64,000 nucleotides of DNA from Balamuthia mandrillaris (Eukaryota). Position numbers and translations under genes: made by a program. The DNA is taken from NCBI GenBank assembly GCA_031835245.2, contig JAVKOQ020000063.1:124001-188000 (forward strand), given 5' to 3'. Positions within the stretch are counted from its first letter, which is position 1. Every line of letters begins with the position of its first letter. This document shows, in pieces, positions 29,597 to 41,600 of the stretch. Below the pieces are notes generated by a model. The model saw only the letters and a list, made by a program, of their open reading frames with translations, was not told the origin of the DNA and ran no database searches.

Positions 29597-30968
29597 TTAA
29601 GGCATGAGGAAGCGTATTCTTTCAAAGACGTCAGCAGAGCCGCGATACTCAATCAAGGCTTGAAGGTCCTTTGGCCTGTAACGCATCAACATCTTGTCCT
29701 CCTCGATACTCCACGGCTTCAACTCTGAAAAGTGGTTTGTTTTAAAGACAAAAGATGAACAAAATGTCCAAAACGAACTTAAAAACGCGTTTACCTTCAA
29801 CAATACATGTAATTCGGGACTCACTGTCGGGCTCTGTATCGAAGAGGGTGAGATACTTCCTCGCTTTGCCAACATCCCCACTAAACACCCACAAGGCGTG
29901 AATGACAAGCTTCTCGGAGCATCCGGTCGTGTTTTGCAGCTTGTGAATGTTGAGTCTCGCCACCGATTGTTGCATGCTCTTTCTGCGAATGTTCTCCAAC
30001 CTCTCTGTCTGGAGTTGCTCCTCTTTCTGAAGCCTTCTCATTTGTCGGCTCGTTTTTGTTGGCGTCTTTGGTTTGATTGGCCGTGCTTGTTCTTCTTCTG
30101 CTTCATCCTCCTCGTCTTCTTTTTCTCGTTGTTTTTCTGGTTCACGCGTTGCCAATTCTTCCATTTCTTGTTGACGTTGCCGTTTTCTTACTTCATAAAT
30201 TTCTAACTCCTGTTCTGGTTCGGCAACTTCTTGTTGCATTGCTTCTACTTCTTTCTCTTTCTCTTTCTCTTTCTCTTTTTCTGGCTCTTTTGTCGTAGCG
30301 GCTTCTGATTGTTGCTTATCTCTTCGCTTTCGTTTAGCAATTCTCTTCTTTTGAGGAGGCTGTTGCTTTTGTGCCGTCGTTTTCTTCGCCTGCTTCCTCT
30401 TCTTCCCCTGAACTTCTTCTTCATCCTCTTCGTCTTCCTCTCCGCCTTCCTCTTCGTCTTCTGAAGCCACACTACCCCTCTCCAACACTTCTTCCACTTG
30501 ACTCATCAAGACTTGTGTCTCTTCATCCGTTCCCTCTTCCTCTTCTCCATTTCTCTCTCCGTCTTCCTCTCCTTCTTCCTCTGACTCTGATGGTTCTCCC
30601 CTTTCTCTTCTTTCTTTCCTTCGTTGTTTTCTTGCTGTTTCCTGTTCTTCTTTGTACTCTCTCAATCTTCGCAGTAAGTCTGGCTTATTTCCATTCGTAT
30701 GTAATCCTCTATCCTTCAATGCCGCTCTCAATTGGATCAACGTCATTCCAGTGAATTCATCTTCGGGTAGAGAATAAGGCATGGAAGAACGACGTTTGCT
30801 GGAAACATTGTTAGGAGAAGCAAATGGAGAGCTAGGATAATCAAGTTGTAAACGAGGATAAAGTTTTCGTCGCCAGTGGTTTCTCATGGACACTGGTGTG
30901 TGTCGTGGGCACAACTGTTCCAAAAAAAATTAATAATGAACGGAGAAAGAGAAAGCGAGAGAAAGGCC

Positions 30969-31020
<52 letters not shown>

Positions 31021-32139
31021 CCCATCGCGAGACATATTACGCCAGAGAATGTTGCCAGTAGGAGTAAAATTCTCGCCATGCTTTTCGACATAGCGAATCA
31101 TGATCTCTTCCTCTTCAGGAAGAAAGATATTACGACTTTTGAGCAAAGAAGGATTGAATATGTGAGAATGTGCTGATTATAATGTTAATGAGGGAGAAAA
31201 CCTACTCTGGAATGGACTGCGGTTTGTTACGAGGGATGAGATAGTCCGAAATGGCCTTTAATTGATGATTTGTTATTTTTGTTTGAAAAAGAAGAAGAGC
31301 AAAAAGAAACAAGCAGAAGAAGAAGAAGAAGAAGAAGAAGAAGAAGAAGAAGAAGAAGAAGAAGAAGAAGAAGAAGAAGAAGAAGAAGAAGAAGAAGAAG
31401 AAGAACAAGAAGAAGAAGAAGAAGAAGAACAAGAAGAAGAACAAGAAGAAGAACAAGAACAAGAAGAACAAGAAGAACAAGAAGAAGAAGAACAAGAAGA
31501 AGAAGAACAAGAAGAAGAACAAGAACAAGAAGAAGAACAAGAAGAAGAAAGTTTCGTACCAATCTTCTCTTGGCTTTCACGCAATCCACCACAAACTTGG
31601 CCGAGTACGCGTTCCCAATGGTGGGTGCCGGCAATCTGCCTTCCGTCGGCGGCAACAGGTAGTACACCCTTTGAGGGGCGTTCTCTTCCTCCTCCACATT
31701 TTCGTGCTCCTCCTGTTCTTCCTCTTCTTCTTCTCCTTTGTTGTTGCCCTTTTCCCTGCGGCGACGCGCTCTCTCCTCCACTGACTTGACCAGCGGGTCT
31801 TCCTCCTTCACCATCGGCGGCGTGTCGCTCAGCGCTCCTCCGTATTTCTAATCATTGTTGAGGGAGAAAAAAAAAGTTGGTTGAGAGAGAAAAAAAGCCT
31901 TTGGAACAAGATGGGAGGGAGTAAGGGTTTAAACCTCGATCAGTCGCACGATGGCACTCCTCCCCAACATCGGCGGCACAAAAAACAGCATCGGCTCGTC
32001 GTACCAATCCGCGAACAATTTGGGCAGCGTTTGATTTCTGCGCAGTCTCCTCAGCCTTCGTTTCGTGGGAGGGCGAGCCATGGCTTGCCATTCATCTTCT
32101 TCTTCATCGTGATCATAGTTCACTTCTTCCTCCTCTTCC

Positions 32140-32171
<32 letters not shown>

Positions 32172-32333
32172 TTCACCACCCTCGGACAGCTCCCACCACT
32201 GCTTTTCTTTCTCCTTGTTGAGCTCCTCCTCCTCCAGGAAGGGCAGCTGGGACTTGCGCCTGCCGCGTCGGGTCTTTCTTGCCCCTCCTCCACCCGTGGA
32301 ATAACGGGTCTTTCGTTTTCTAGGTCTTGGCAT
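29597..32333 (-). CDS. TERF2IP: Telomeric Rap1/TERF2IP orthologue (BRCT-Myb-SAP-RCT)
   Basis: BRCT (FFVPP…VRLIEKYGG…YSAKFVVDCV); Rap1-type Myb (RNIFLPEEEEIMIRYV…TGNILWRNM…RHTPVSMRNHWRRKL); SAP motif; RCT (VIHALWVFSGDVGKARKYL…PWSIEEDKML…RGSADVFERIRFL*). Confidence 0.85.
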
Positions 32334-33061
32334 ATTTCGTGTGCTGGCTCCTGCCCTCCCTCTCGCCCTAACCTTGGATCCCTTTTGGCTTCTTTCTTCT
32401 TTCTTCTTTTTCAGGAAGAAATTATTTGTCGACTATCAACGGCTACTTTTGAACCGTTAGATATTTCAGGACGTCATGATAACCATTTTATGGAAAAAAG
32501 GAATAAAAAATATTCTCATGACGTCCCGAAATAAGAAATGGTTTTTTTCTTCAAAGCCAACCAGGGTTCCAAAGGAACGGCATTCCAATGGCAGGTAAAC
32601 GGCTCACTAGCAAGAGCTCGCCCATCTCCATGATACCATGGCATGGGAGGCCGCGCCCACTGTTACGTAACAAGAACCGGAGAGGCGGGAGTGTTGAACA
32701 TGACTAGACAATAATATAACGAAAAAAAAAAGAGAGATATCGTTATGATGAACATTCAAAAATCCCAAAGGGGTTTCGGTTCTTTATTCTTTTCTATTTT
32801 GTCAGGAATATAAAGCAAAGTCTTCAAAAAAAATATATAAAAGTCTTTAAAAAAAATGTAATGCTGCTGCACAGAAACTCTAAAAACAAAAACCAAAAAA
32901 AAAAGTGTTTTTTTTGGGTTACAAAAACTCTAAAGCAGCAAAACAAAGTCTAAAACGAAAAAAAAGCATCTGAACAAAAAAGAAACCAAAAATAAAAAAA
33001 ACCTTTGTGGATGAAACCTTTTGGGCAACGTGCAAAACTGAGGTCAGAGAACAGAGTGTGC

Positions 33062-35167
33062 TCAGAAGAAGAGAGCACGAAGTGCAGCAGCAGAGGAGGT
33101 GTCTCCGGTGTTGTATTGGATGTCGCCACCGTCGCCGTAGGCCTCGCCGTCATAGGCAACATCACCGCCACCGTAGGTCACAACGTCCTCGCCGTCGTAC
33201 ATGACGTCGCCGCCATCATAGGTCACAACGTCCTCACCGTCATAAGTGACGTCTCCGCCATCATAGGTCACAACGTCCTCGCCATCGTACATGACGTCCC
33301 CGCCGTCGTAGGTCACAACGTCTTCGCCATCGTAGGCAATGTCACCGCCATCGTAGGTCACATCTCCTCCGTCGTACATGACGTCTCCGCCATCATAGGT
33401 CACAACATCCTCGCCATCGTAGGCAATGTCACCTCCATCGTAGGTCACATCCCCTCCGTCGTACATGACATCACCGCCGTCGTAAGTGACAACATCTTCG
33501 CCATCATAAGTGACGTCTCCGCCATCATAGGTCACAACGTCCTCGCCATCGTAGGCAATGTCACCTCCATCGTAGGTCACATCCCCTCCGTCGTACATGA
33601 CATCACCGCCGTCGTAAGTGACAACATCTTCGCCATCATAAGTGACGTCGCCACCATCATAGGTCACAACATCCTCTCCGTCGTAGGAGATATCGCCGCC
33701 ATCGTAGGTCACAACGTCACCGCCATCGTACATGACGTCTCCACCGTCGTAGGTCACAACGTCTTCACCGTCATAAGTGACGTCTCCGCCATCATAGGTC
33801 ACAACGTCCTCTCCGTCATAAGCAATGTCACCGCCATCGTAGACAACGTCGCCGCCATCGTAAGAAACGTCGCCACCGTCGTAGGTCACAACGTCCTCGC
33901 CGTCATACATGACGTCTCCGCCATCGTAGGTCACAACGTCTTCTCCGTCGTAGGAGATATCGCCGCCATCATAGGTCACAACGTCCTCGCCATCGTACAT
34001 GACGTCTCCGCCGTCGTAGGTCACAACGTCCTCGCCATCGTAGGCAATGTCACCGCCATCGTAGGTCACATCTCCTCCGTCGTACATGACGTCTCCGCCG
34101 TCGTAAGTCACAACGTCTTCGCCATCATAAGTGACGTCGCCGCCATCATAGGTCACAACGTCCTCTCCATCGTAGGCAATATCACCGCCATCGTAGGTCA
34201 CATCTCCTCCGTCGTACATGACATCACCGCCGTCATAAGTTACGTCGCCACCGTCGTAAGAAACGTCGCCACCGTCGTAGGTCACAACGTCCTCGCCGTC
34301 ATAAGTGACGTCGCCACCATCGTAGGTCACAACGTCCTCGCCATCGTAAGAGATATCACCGCCGTCGTAAGTCACAACGTCACCGCCATCATAGGAAACG
34401 TCGCCGCCATCATAGGTCACAACGTCCTCTCCGTCATACATAACATCTCCGCCATCATAGGTCACAACATCCTCTCCATCGTAAGTGATGTCGCCGCCAT
34501 CGTAGGTCACAACGTCCTCGCCGTCGTAGGAGATATCGCCACCGTCATAGGTCACGACGTCCTCGCCATCGTAGGCAATGTCACCTCCATCATAGGTCAC
34601 AACGTCTTCTCCGTCATACATGACGTCCCCGCCGTCGTAGGTCACAACGTCCTCGCCATCGTAGGAGATGTCGCCGCCATCGTAGGTCACGTCTCCTCCG
34701 TCATACATGACGTCTCCGCCGTCGTAGGTCACAACGTCTTCGCCATCGTAGGAGATGTCGCCACCGTCATAGGTCACAACGTCTTCTCCGTCATACATGA
34801 CGTCCCCGCCGTCGTAAGTCACAACGTCCTCGCCATCGTAGGAGATATCGCCTCCATCGTAGGTCACGTCTCCTCCGTCATACATGACGTCGCCACCGTC
34901 GTAGGTCACAACGTCTTCGCCGTAGGTAACATCACCCCCGTCGTAGGTCACAACGTCCTCGCCGTAGGTAACATCACCCCCGTCGTAAGTCACAACGTCT
35001 TCGCCGTCATACATGACGTCTCCGCCATCGTAAGTCACATCCTCGCCGTCGTAGGTCACGTCACCGGCGCCGTACTGCACGTCCATGCCCCGCTTGTTGC
35101 GAAGGGGCCTGGCGAGAGCGGCAGTAGCCAGCAAGGCCATGATGACCAAAGTCAAAAGTAACTTCAT
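33062..35167 (-). CDS. Intronless secreted acidic Tyr/Asp/Gly tandem-repeat protein
   Basis: 701-aa ORF: signal peptide MKLLLTLVIMALLATAALA, RPLRNKR, then roughly 90 units of YDGGD[VI]x / YDGEDVVT with synonymous variation. Confidence 0.92.
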   Translation of the reverse strand: MKLLLTLVIMALLATAALARPLRNKRGMDVQYGAGDVTYDGEDVTYDGGDVMYDGEDVVTYDGGDVTYGEDVVTYDGGDVTYGEDVVTYDGGDVMYDGGDVTYDGGDISYDGEDVVTYDGGDVMYDGEDVVTYDGGDISYDGEDVVTYDGGDVMYDGGDVTYDGGDISYDGEDVVTYDGGDVMYDGEDVVTYDGGDIAYDGEDVVTYDGGDISYDGEDVVTYDGGDITYDGEDVVTYDGGDVMYDGEDVVTYDGGDVSYDGGDVVTYDGGDISYDGEDVVTYDGGDVTYDGEDVVTYDGGDVSYDGGDVTYDGGDVMYDGGDVTYDGGDIAYDGEDVVTYDGGDVTYDGEDVVTYDGGDVMYDGGDVTYDGGDIAYDGEDVVTYDGGDVMYDGEDVVTYDGGDISYDGEDVVTYDGGDVMYDGEDVVTYDGGDVSYDGGDVVYDGGDIAYDGEDVVTYDGGDVTYDGEDVVTYDGGDVMYDGGDVVTYDGGDISYDGEDVVTYDGGDVTYDGEDVVTYDGGDVMYDGGDVTYDGGDIAYDGEDVVTYDGGDVTYDGEDVVTYDGGDVMYDGGDVTYDGGDIAYDGEDVVTYDGGDVMYDGGDVTYDGGDIAYDGEDVVTYDGGDVMYDGEDVVTYDGGDVTYDGEDVVTYDGGDVMYDGEDVVTYGGGDVAYDGEAYGDGGDIQYNTGDTSSAAALRALFF

Positions 35168-35281
35168 TTGCTAAGAAGCGAACCGAGCGCTGTTCCTCTT
35201 GTGGTTTGTTTGTTGGTTTGTTTGTTTGTGAAGAGGATGATGAGATGAGGAAAAGCATGAAGGGGCACCAGCGGGGGCATG

Positions 35282-35288
35282 TTATATA
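35282..35288 (-). promoter_or_regulatory. TATA box of the repeat-protein gene
   Basis: TATATAA on the minus strand ~115 nt upstream of the ATG, in a GC-richer context, followed by a CA-rich leader. Confidence 0.55.
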
Positions 35289-36044
35289 GTTGACTATGGT
35301 GGAGGTTGTGGGTCGTGAAATCCACGCCGAATGGTAACGGATCGGTTATCTCGAAGAAGCCAAAAAGGGGAGTGTTGACGTGGCGTGTGCCCATTGGCAC
35401 GGAGTTGAGTGAACTGGCTTCTGATTGGAGGAGGGAGGAAGATCGCCGTCATGAATGAGGCCAGGAGAAGGCGGCTTTCTTAGTTGCCTCCAGGGATTTC
35501 GTTGCTGCTCCACTTTGGTATTGCCCGCCAATGGTGTGGTAGGAGGTGGGAGGAGAGCTGCTTTCGGCGTCTTTTCAGCGGTTTATCGGCCTGTTTGGCT
35601 TTCATTCTTCGTCGCTGACCCATCTCGCTTTGCCATTTTTGTGTCTTGCAGATGTTTGTACTGCAACGCATCCTCTCTCGTCGATTTCATCCTGTTTTCT
35701 TGCTCTCCGTCTGCTGTTTTTCCACACTCTTTCTGTATTCCTCACCTCTCTATCCTCCTTTCTGTTTTGCTCTTCTCTTCTTTTCCTCTCCCCTCTCCCC
35801 TCTCCCCTCTCCTCTCCCCTCTCCACTCTCCCCTCTCTCCTCTCCTCTCTCCTCTCCCTTAAGCTCTCCTCATTCTCGTATCTGCCCTTCCCATCCAGTA
35901 AGTGTTGAAGACCCATACCACCTCGTGTCCTTTTTTTTTACAAGTGTTGTTATTGCTTCACAAAAACCAAAAAATAAAATGGAGGTACTGTCCATAAATA
36001 TAGGCTTGTTGGCGAACTACACACAAAGCTCACAAGGTACACCC

Positions 36045-36329
36045 TCACTCGACCACCAACTTCCTGGACCCATACATGTGACTGATGGTGGCCTGCCGCT
36101 CCACCACTTGGAGGTCCTGCCTGGCCCGGAAGACCAGCTGCTCCAGCTGCTTGGGGTCCGTGACGGCTCGGTTCTCCTCGAAGCCCTCTCTCGCTCGGCG
36201 CTTGGTGTACTCCCTGAAATTGTAGTTGGAGAACTTGGTGGCGTTCCTCAGGAACTGCTTGTAGAGGCTCAGCACGTTGAGCCTTTGCGAGGCCGCAGCG
36301 GCCGTCAGCGTGGAGCTTGTTGCAGACAT
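36045..36329 (-). CDS. LYRM4: LYR-motif protein 4 / ISD11 (Fe-S cluster assembly, NFS1 partner)
   Basis: VLSLYKQFLRNATKFSNYNFREYTKRRAREGF…LQVVERQATISHMY…KLVVE is the ISD11 signature. Intronless. Confidence 0.95.
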   Translation of the reverse strand: MSATSSTLTAAAASQRLNVLSLYKQFLRNATKFSNYNFREYTKRRAREGFEENRAVTDPKQLEQLVFRARQDLQVVERQATISHMYGSRKLVVE

Positions 36330-36652
36330 AGTCGTGTTCCCTTTTCTTCCTTCTTTTTGTTGTGTTGTCGACATAAATAGGATGTGGTTACGTCATATCA
36401 CGTTTCCCATGTCGACATCGACAAGTTGATTACGTCATAAATTATGTCGACTTCATGATGTCATACAGCAACAGATCTTCAGATCAGTAGATCATTTGCT
36501 CCTTGGATACAGAGCTCAAAAAGTTCAGCAGCTGTGCACCTTCGAGTTTATTTGTCGACAAATAAAATTCAGCAAATGTTTTCGTTCAAACGACAAAACG
36601 AACGTAAAGTAAGTAAAGTAAAACAACAACAAAGGCCAGCGGTGGTGGTGCG

Positions 36653-38635
36653 ATGAAGAAGATGAACAACCTGGTCGCGCAGCTGCCTTTCGAGTTGGGC
36701 GTTCATGTATTCTCTTTCCTTTCTCTCCCTGATATTTCTCAAGGTAACGTTATTTTTTTTCAAACATTATTGTTTCATCGCAATCTTCGTTTGATTTATT
36801 TTTGTTAAAAATTTATTCAAAAACAAAAAGCCTCGCTCGTTTGCAAAGAATGGAACGATCTCGCCAACGACCAACTCCTCTGGAAGTCGCTCTACCGCAA
36901 ATACTGGCACGTCAAAAATCTCTCCGCTACATTCATGGATAGGCTTCTTTCTTCTTCTTCTTCTTCTTCTTCTTCTTCTTGTTCTTCTTCTTCTTCTTCT
37001 TCTTCTTCTTCTTCTTCTTCTGCTTTTTCTTCTTCTTCTTCGTCGTCGTCTGCTGCTGCTTCCTCTTCTCCTTCGGCTTCCCTCCGCACCAAAGAGGAGA
37101 AAGAGCGAGCAGCTACCGAAGAGAACAACTACAAAGACATGTTCCTCAACAAAAAGGCGCTGGAGGAGAGTTGGTTCCACCAGCGGTTCGTGGAGTACAA
37201 CGTCAGGGAGGAGGAGGCTCACCCCAACGCCTCCGTCAACGACCTCCTGTTCTTCTCCTCCTCCTCCACCCTCATCACCGTCTCCGATGATCAGACCGTT
37301 AAAATTTGGGCGCCTTCTTCTTCTTCTTCACAAAGGTCCAGAAAAGAAGAACATACTTCACCTTCTTCTTCGATTATTCAATGCACCGCAGTCCTTTCGG
37401 GTCACGAGTCGATTGTCTTTTGCGTGGACGCGTGCAACGACGGCAACACCATTGTAACCGGCTCGTTTGACAACAGCTTCATTCTTTGGCAAAAAACGGA
37501 GAACGAGGAGAACAAAAATAACACCACCGATGAAGGAGCAACGCCTCTCTACCAACAACATCGTTGCAAAGGCGCTCATTCCGGTGGAGTGGATGATATC
37601 GTTTTGCTTTCGTCTTTTTCTTCTCCAGATGGACATAGGCAAAATGGAGATGTAGTGTTGACCTGTGGAGGCAAAGAGCCGGATATTAAAGTGTGGGATG
37701 TGGACGCGGGGCTGAAGCAAGTGGGAGCCTTCCAAGGGCATAAAGGAAGAGTGTTTAATATAGAGGCATCACCGGAGGACAACTTGTTGGTGAGTGCTGG
37801 CAGCGGTGGCACTTTTCGTATTTGGGTTTGTTGCTTTCTTTACTTTCTTTCTTTCTTTCTTTCTTGTCGGTTCGTTCTTGTCGTTTCTTTCTTTCTTTAT
37901 GTATCTTTTAACCATTCATATTTCCTTGTTGAACAAAACAAAGGATTTACGAACGAGGGATTGTATTTTGACAGTGAGTAGACACAGCCCGGATGCTCCT
38001 TCCCACACGCTCATAGAGACCATCAAGATCCAAGGCTGTATTGTTGGCACCGGAGATAGCATGGGTTCTCTTTCTCACTTTTTTCCCCATTCTTCTGCTC
38101 TTCCCTCGTCTCTCTATTCTCATTCATCGTGCTGTCAACAGGATACTCGAGACTTTGGGACTTGCGAAGCGTCAGACAAAAGCAGGAAGGAGGCTCTCAG
38201 TATTGGCTGGAGCCGTTCGCCACGTTCAACGCGAGCATGTACCGCGTGTGCTCGCTGTGGTTCGACCGGACAAAGTTGGTCACCTTGGAGGGCACCACCA
38301 CCATCAACATGTGGGATCTTCGTCTCTCGTCACAACAGCCAAAGACTACTGCCCTTGGGACAGATGAGGTTTATCAAAGCCCTTTTGCTAGCTTAGCATT
38401 TGAGCAACCTTGGTTAGCATTTCTTCTTTCTTGCTCTGCTTGCTTCATTCTCTTTCTGCCTTCTTCTTGCTAACAAGCAAAAACTAGGTGCGTGCAAGGA
38501 GACGAGAGAGCACTGGTGGTTGGCGGCAGACAAGGCAACATCCGCATTTTGGATTTCGGACAAGATGCTCCCTCACCACCGCATGCCGCCGGTTCCTCTT
38601 CCAAAAAGAAAAACGCCAACTGCCTGTTGCAATGA
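36653..38635 (+). CDS. F-box/WD40 protein with C-terminal CaaX motif
   Basis: F-box LPFELGVHVFSFL…SLVCKEWNDLANDQLLWKSLY; WD motifs SDDQTVKIW, GSFDNSFILW, DIKVWD, TFRIWD. Spliced last exon ends SSSKKKNANCLLQ*. Confidence 0.88.
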
Positions 38636-38681
38636 AGCAGAAGAGGATTCCTTGTCTTCTCTTGATAAACTTGGGATTGTT

Positions 38682-41600
38682 TTATTGAGGCGGTCGATGG
38701 TGATGAACGTAAAAACTGTTGGCTCCTGTGGTGTGGTTGTTATTGTTGCTTTCTTCAAACTCAACGACCGTGGCTGCTTTTATCTTCCTTTGTTCTCCAA
38801 CGAGAGCAGAAGAAGTTGATGGTGATGAAAGCGAAGCAACAGCAGCCATTGCTGCCAAGTTCGGTAGTGTGGCTGGCGAAGCTGAAGAAGGAACGGAAGA
38901 GGAAGAAGGAGCAGAGGCAGTTAGAGATGAAATAGGAGGAAGAATAGAAGTTGTCGTTTTTGGAGGGGCAAGTGGAGAAGGTGTGCCGGGAAAGGAAGGG
39001 AGAGAGGAATTCGTCTTGTGGAGTAATTGGTCGAAAGAGAGCTTTGGGGCGAGTCGTTCTTTTATGGGCCGAAATGGAGAATAAGGAGATGATGCAGAAG
39101 GAGAAGGAGTTGCGTGATTGTTGTGGGGAACAGCGAAAGAAGGAAGTGAAAATGTTGCCGTCACTGTTGTTGCTTTGGCTGCTTTACGACGAGGAAGAGA
39201 AGAAGCTGAAGGAGAAGCCGAGTAAGCATCTGCATCGACTAAAGAGGATGCCACAAAGCTAAGATCGGCCAAATTACTACTTGGCCCTCCTTCTGTTTCT
39301 TCTTCTCGCTCTTCTTTCTCTTCTGCTTCCATTTGTTCTTCTTCCCCGCTTCGTGATTGAAGTTGATGGATATGATTTTCGTTTGCTAACGCGGAAGACT
39401 CGAAAGAGAAAGATGAATCTTCTTGGGTTTCAAATTCTGGGTCCTCTATTCCGTCTTCTTCTTGTTCTTCTTTTGTCGTTAAATCAGTTGTAACTGTCTT
39501 GTTTGCTCTTCGACGCGAAGTTGTTTGCGAAAGCTTCCGTTTCTTGGGAGGAGGTGCTCCCCCTGCGGACAATTCAATGTCTTGTTTCGTTAAACAAACT
39601 GTTTGTTAAGTCAGCGAAAAGGATTCTACAAAAAGCGAAAAGAGAAAAGAGAGAAAAGCTACCAAAATCTTCGGGTTTTCGCAAACGATGTGTGTAGATC
39701 CAAAGCTTGTGAACCGAGTCAAAACGAACGCACGGATCCTTTTCGCTTTGCAAGCGATCCAAAGCGCCGCTCACAACCGTGTTAATTTGTGCATCGGTTA
39801 CTCCTTCTGCTACCCATCTGTTGTTGTGTTTGGGTTAAACTGTAAGATAAAGACAAAAGAAACAAACAAGAAAAAACTTACTGAGAATCCTTGAGCAACA
39901 GAGCGACATCAGGACGAGTGCCAACGCTGCCAGGCAGCCGGGCAGCAGCGTCACGGACCAGACATAACAGGTTGATGTGGGCCGGTCTGTCGGTTTTCAA
40001 TAAAAAGTGTTCTCTTGCTTTATTCATTGGGTTGCCTATAAGAGAGAGAGAGAGAAAGTTGGTAAGAAATAGAAAGGAAAGACTTCAAAGAAAGAAGTAC
40101 CAAGTCCGCGCTTAAGCGGAGCAACAATGCAATGGCTGCCTTTATAGTTGTAGTAAAAGGGTTGATTGGGTTCCGTATAACGCAACCGCTCCTGTTTCCG
40201 AAAGGATTCGGTCTCTTCGTCGTCTGTTGGTTCAATGGTTTGAGTGCACTTCAATTGACGATAAGCCACCATTTCTATTCTCCTGTTTTCATTTCATAGA
40301 TAATAAATAATTAAATATGAAACACCAATAAGTTCAAGCCAAAGGGAGGACAAATAGAGAGAGAACAAAAAGAGAAAAGAATGGCGGAAGAAAAAGGTAC
40401 CCCTTGTTGTTCAAAAGCTTGCGACCAGCTACAAAGTGAAAGATTTCTTCCAGAGTTTGCAGTTGTTCATCGTTGGACTGGTGATCTGTAAGAATTTTTC
40501 AAACAGTGAGACCAAGCAACATACAAAAAAAAATGAAGAGTGCTCTTTGCTTTCAAGGAGATAGAAACGTGAGTAGAATGACAAGATGATGGTACCTAAC
40601 CACCGCCACAACTTTTTGTTGGAATCATACTTGAGGAAAGGGTCGGCAGTGTTCATTGTAAGTGGTGCGCCGGAAGGTGACTTTAACGGAGACGCAAAGG
40701 AACAAGAACTAGATGACAAAGAACAAGAAGAAGAAGAAGAAGCAGTTGGCGAAGACGCAGCAGTAGAGGTAGAAGACGAAGAAGTTCCGGAGAAAAGCAT
40801 AGCAGGAGAGAGAGCAGGAGGAGCAGCCAGGAAGCGTAACGCCAACTTCACAAACTGACGAAGAGAAAACGAAGGAAGAACGTTCTCTCTTACTTCGGGA
40901 GTCTTTTTCATTTTCGCCACCAGATTATCAAACGTGGCGACGTACTTGAAGGATCTAAAAGCTTCTTTCAAACGCATGAACATGACGAAAGCAACTGGCT
41001 TCTTCTTTTTGGCCTTCTTCTTTCGTCTTGTTTTGTTTGTGTTCGAGCGAGAAGAACTTGTGGCATTTTCTCCTTCTGGGGAAGATTCTTCTTCTGCAAC
41101 ATCATTTTTGTTTTCATCACCTCCGTCCTCTTCTTCTACTTCTTCATTATTTTCCTCTTCTTGATCGTATGCATTTAATGTCGCTTCTTCTGCTCTTTCA
41201 TCTGCATCGTCCCCAACTCTTCTCTTTTTCTTCTTCTTCAGCTTCTTCTTGTGTGCTTCATTTGTTGATGATGTTCTCTTTGATGTCGCTGAAGTGGACG
41301 AACGGCGTCGACGACTTCCACCATTTCTTCGACGACTTGAAGAGGAAGAACTAGGTTTAGTAGCAGCCAACATCGCTGAGGCTGAGGAAGAATACTCATC
41401 TTCGCTCGTGTCCGTTTCATCGCCAGCTGATAACATCGAAGATGGGGAAGAAACAGCAGAAGACGAAGATGAAAGCGGTTCTACACTTCTTCGCTCGTGA
41501 GAAGAGAGATGAAGAAAAGGCGGAACTTGAGCCATGAGCGCCTTTTCTTTTGGCGTTTGAGCGCTGAAACCCGCCGTTTGCTTCAACGTAAGTATTCTTC

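Noticed and set aside
32366..32373. Telomere-like CCCTAACC just upstream of the Rap1 start codon
   Set aside because: A single 8-mer is expected by chance in 64 kb.
33120..35080. Repeat array as a CRISPR locus
   Set aside because: No unique spacers; units are in-frame 21/24-nt coding repeats; eukaryotic context with no cas genes.
33005..35161. 718-aa plus-strand ORF of (IVGHNV)-type repeats
   Set aside because: Antisense shadow of the YDGGD repeat gene. The minus-strand ORF has the ATG, signal peptide and TATA box.
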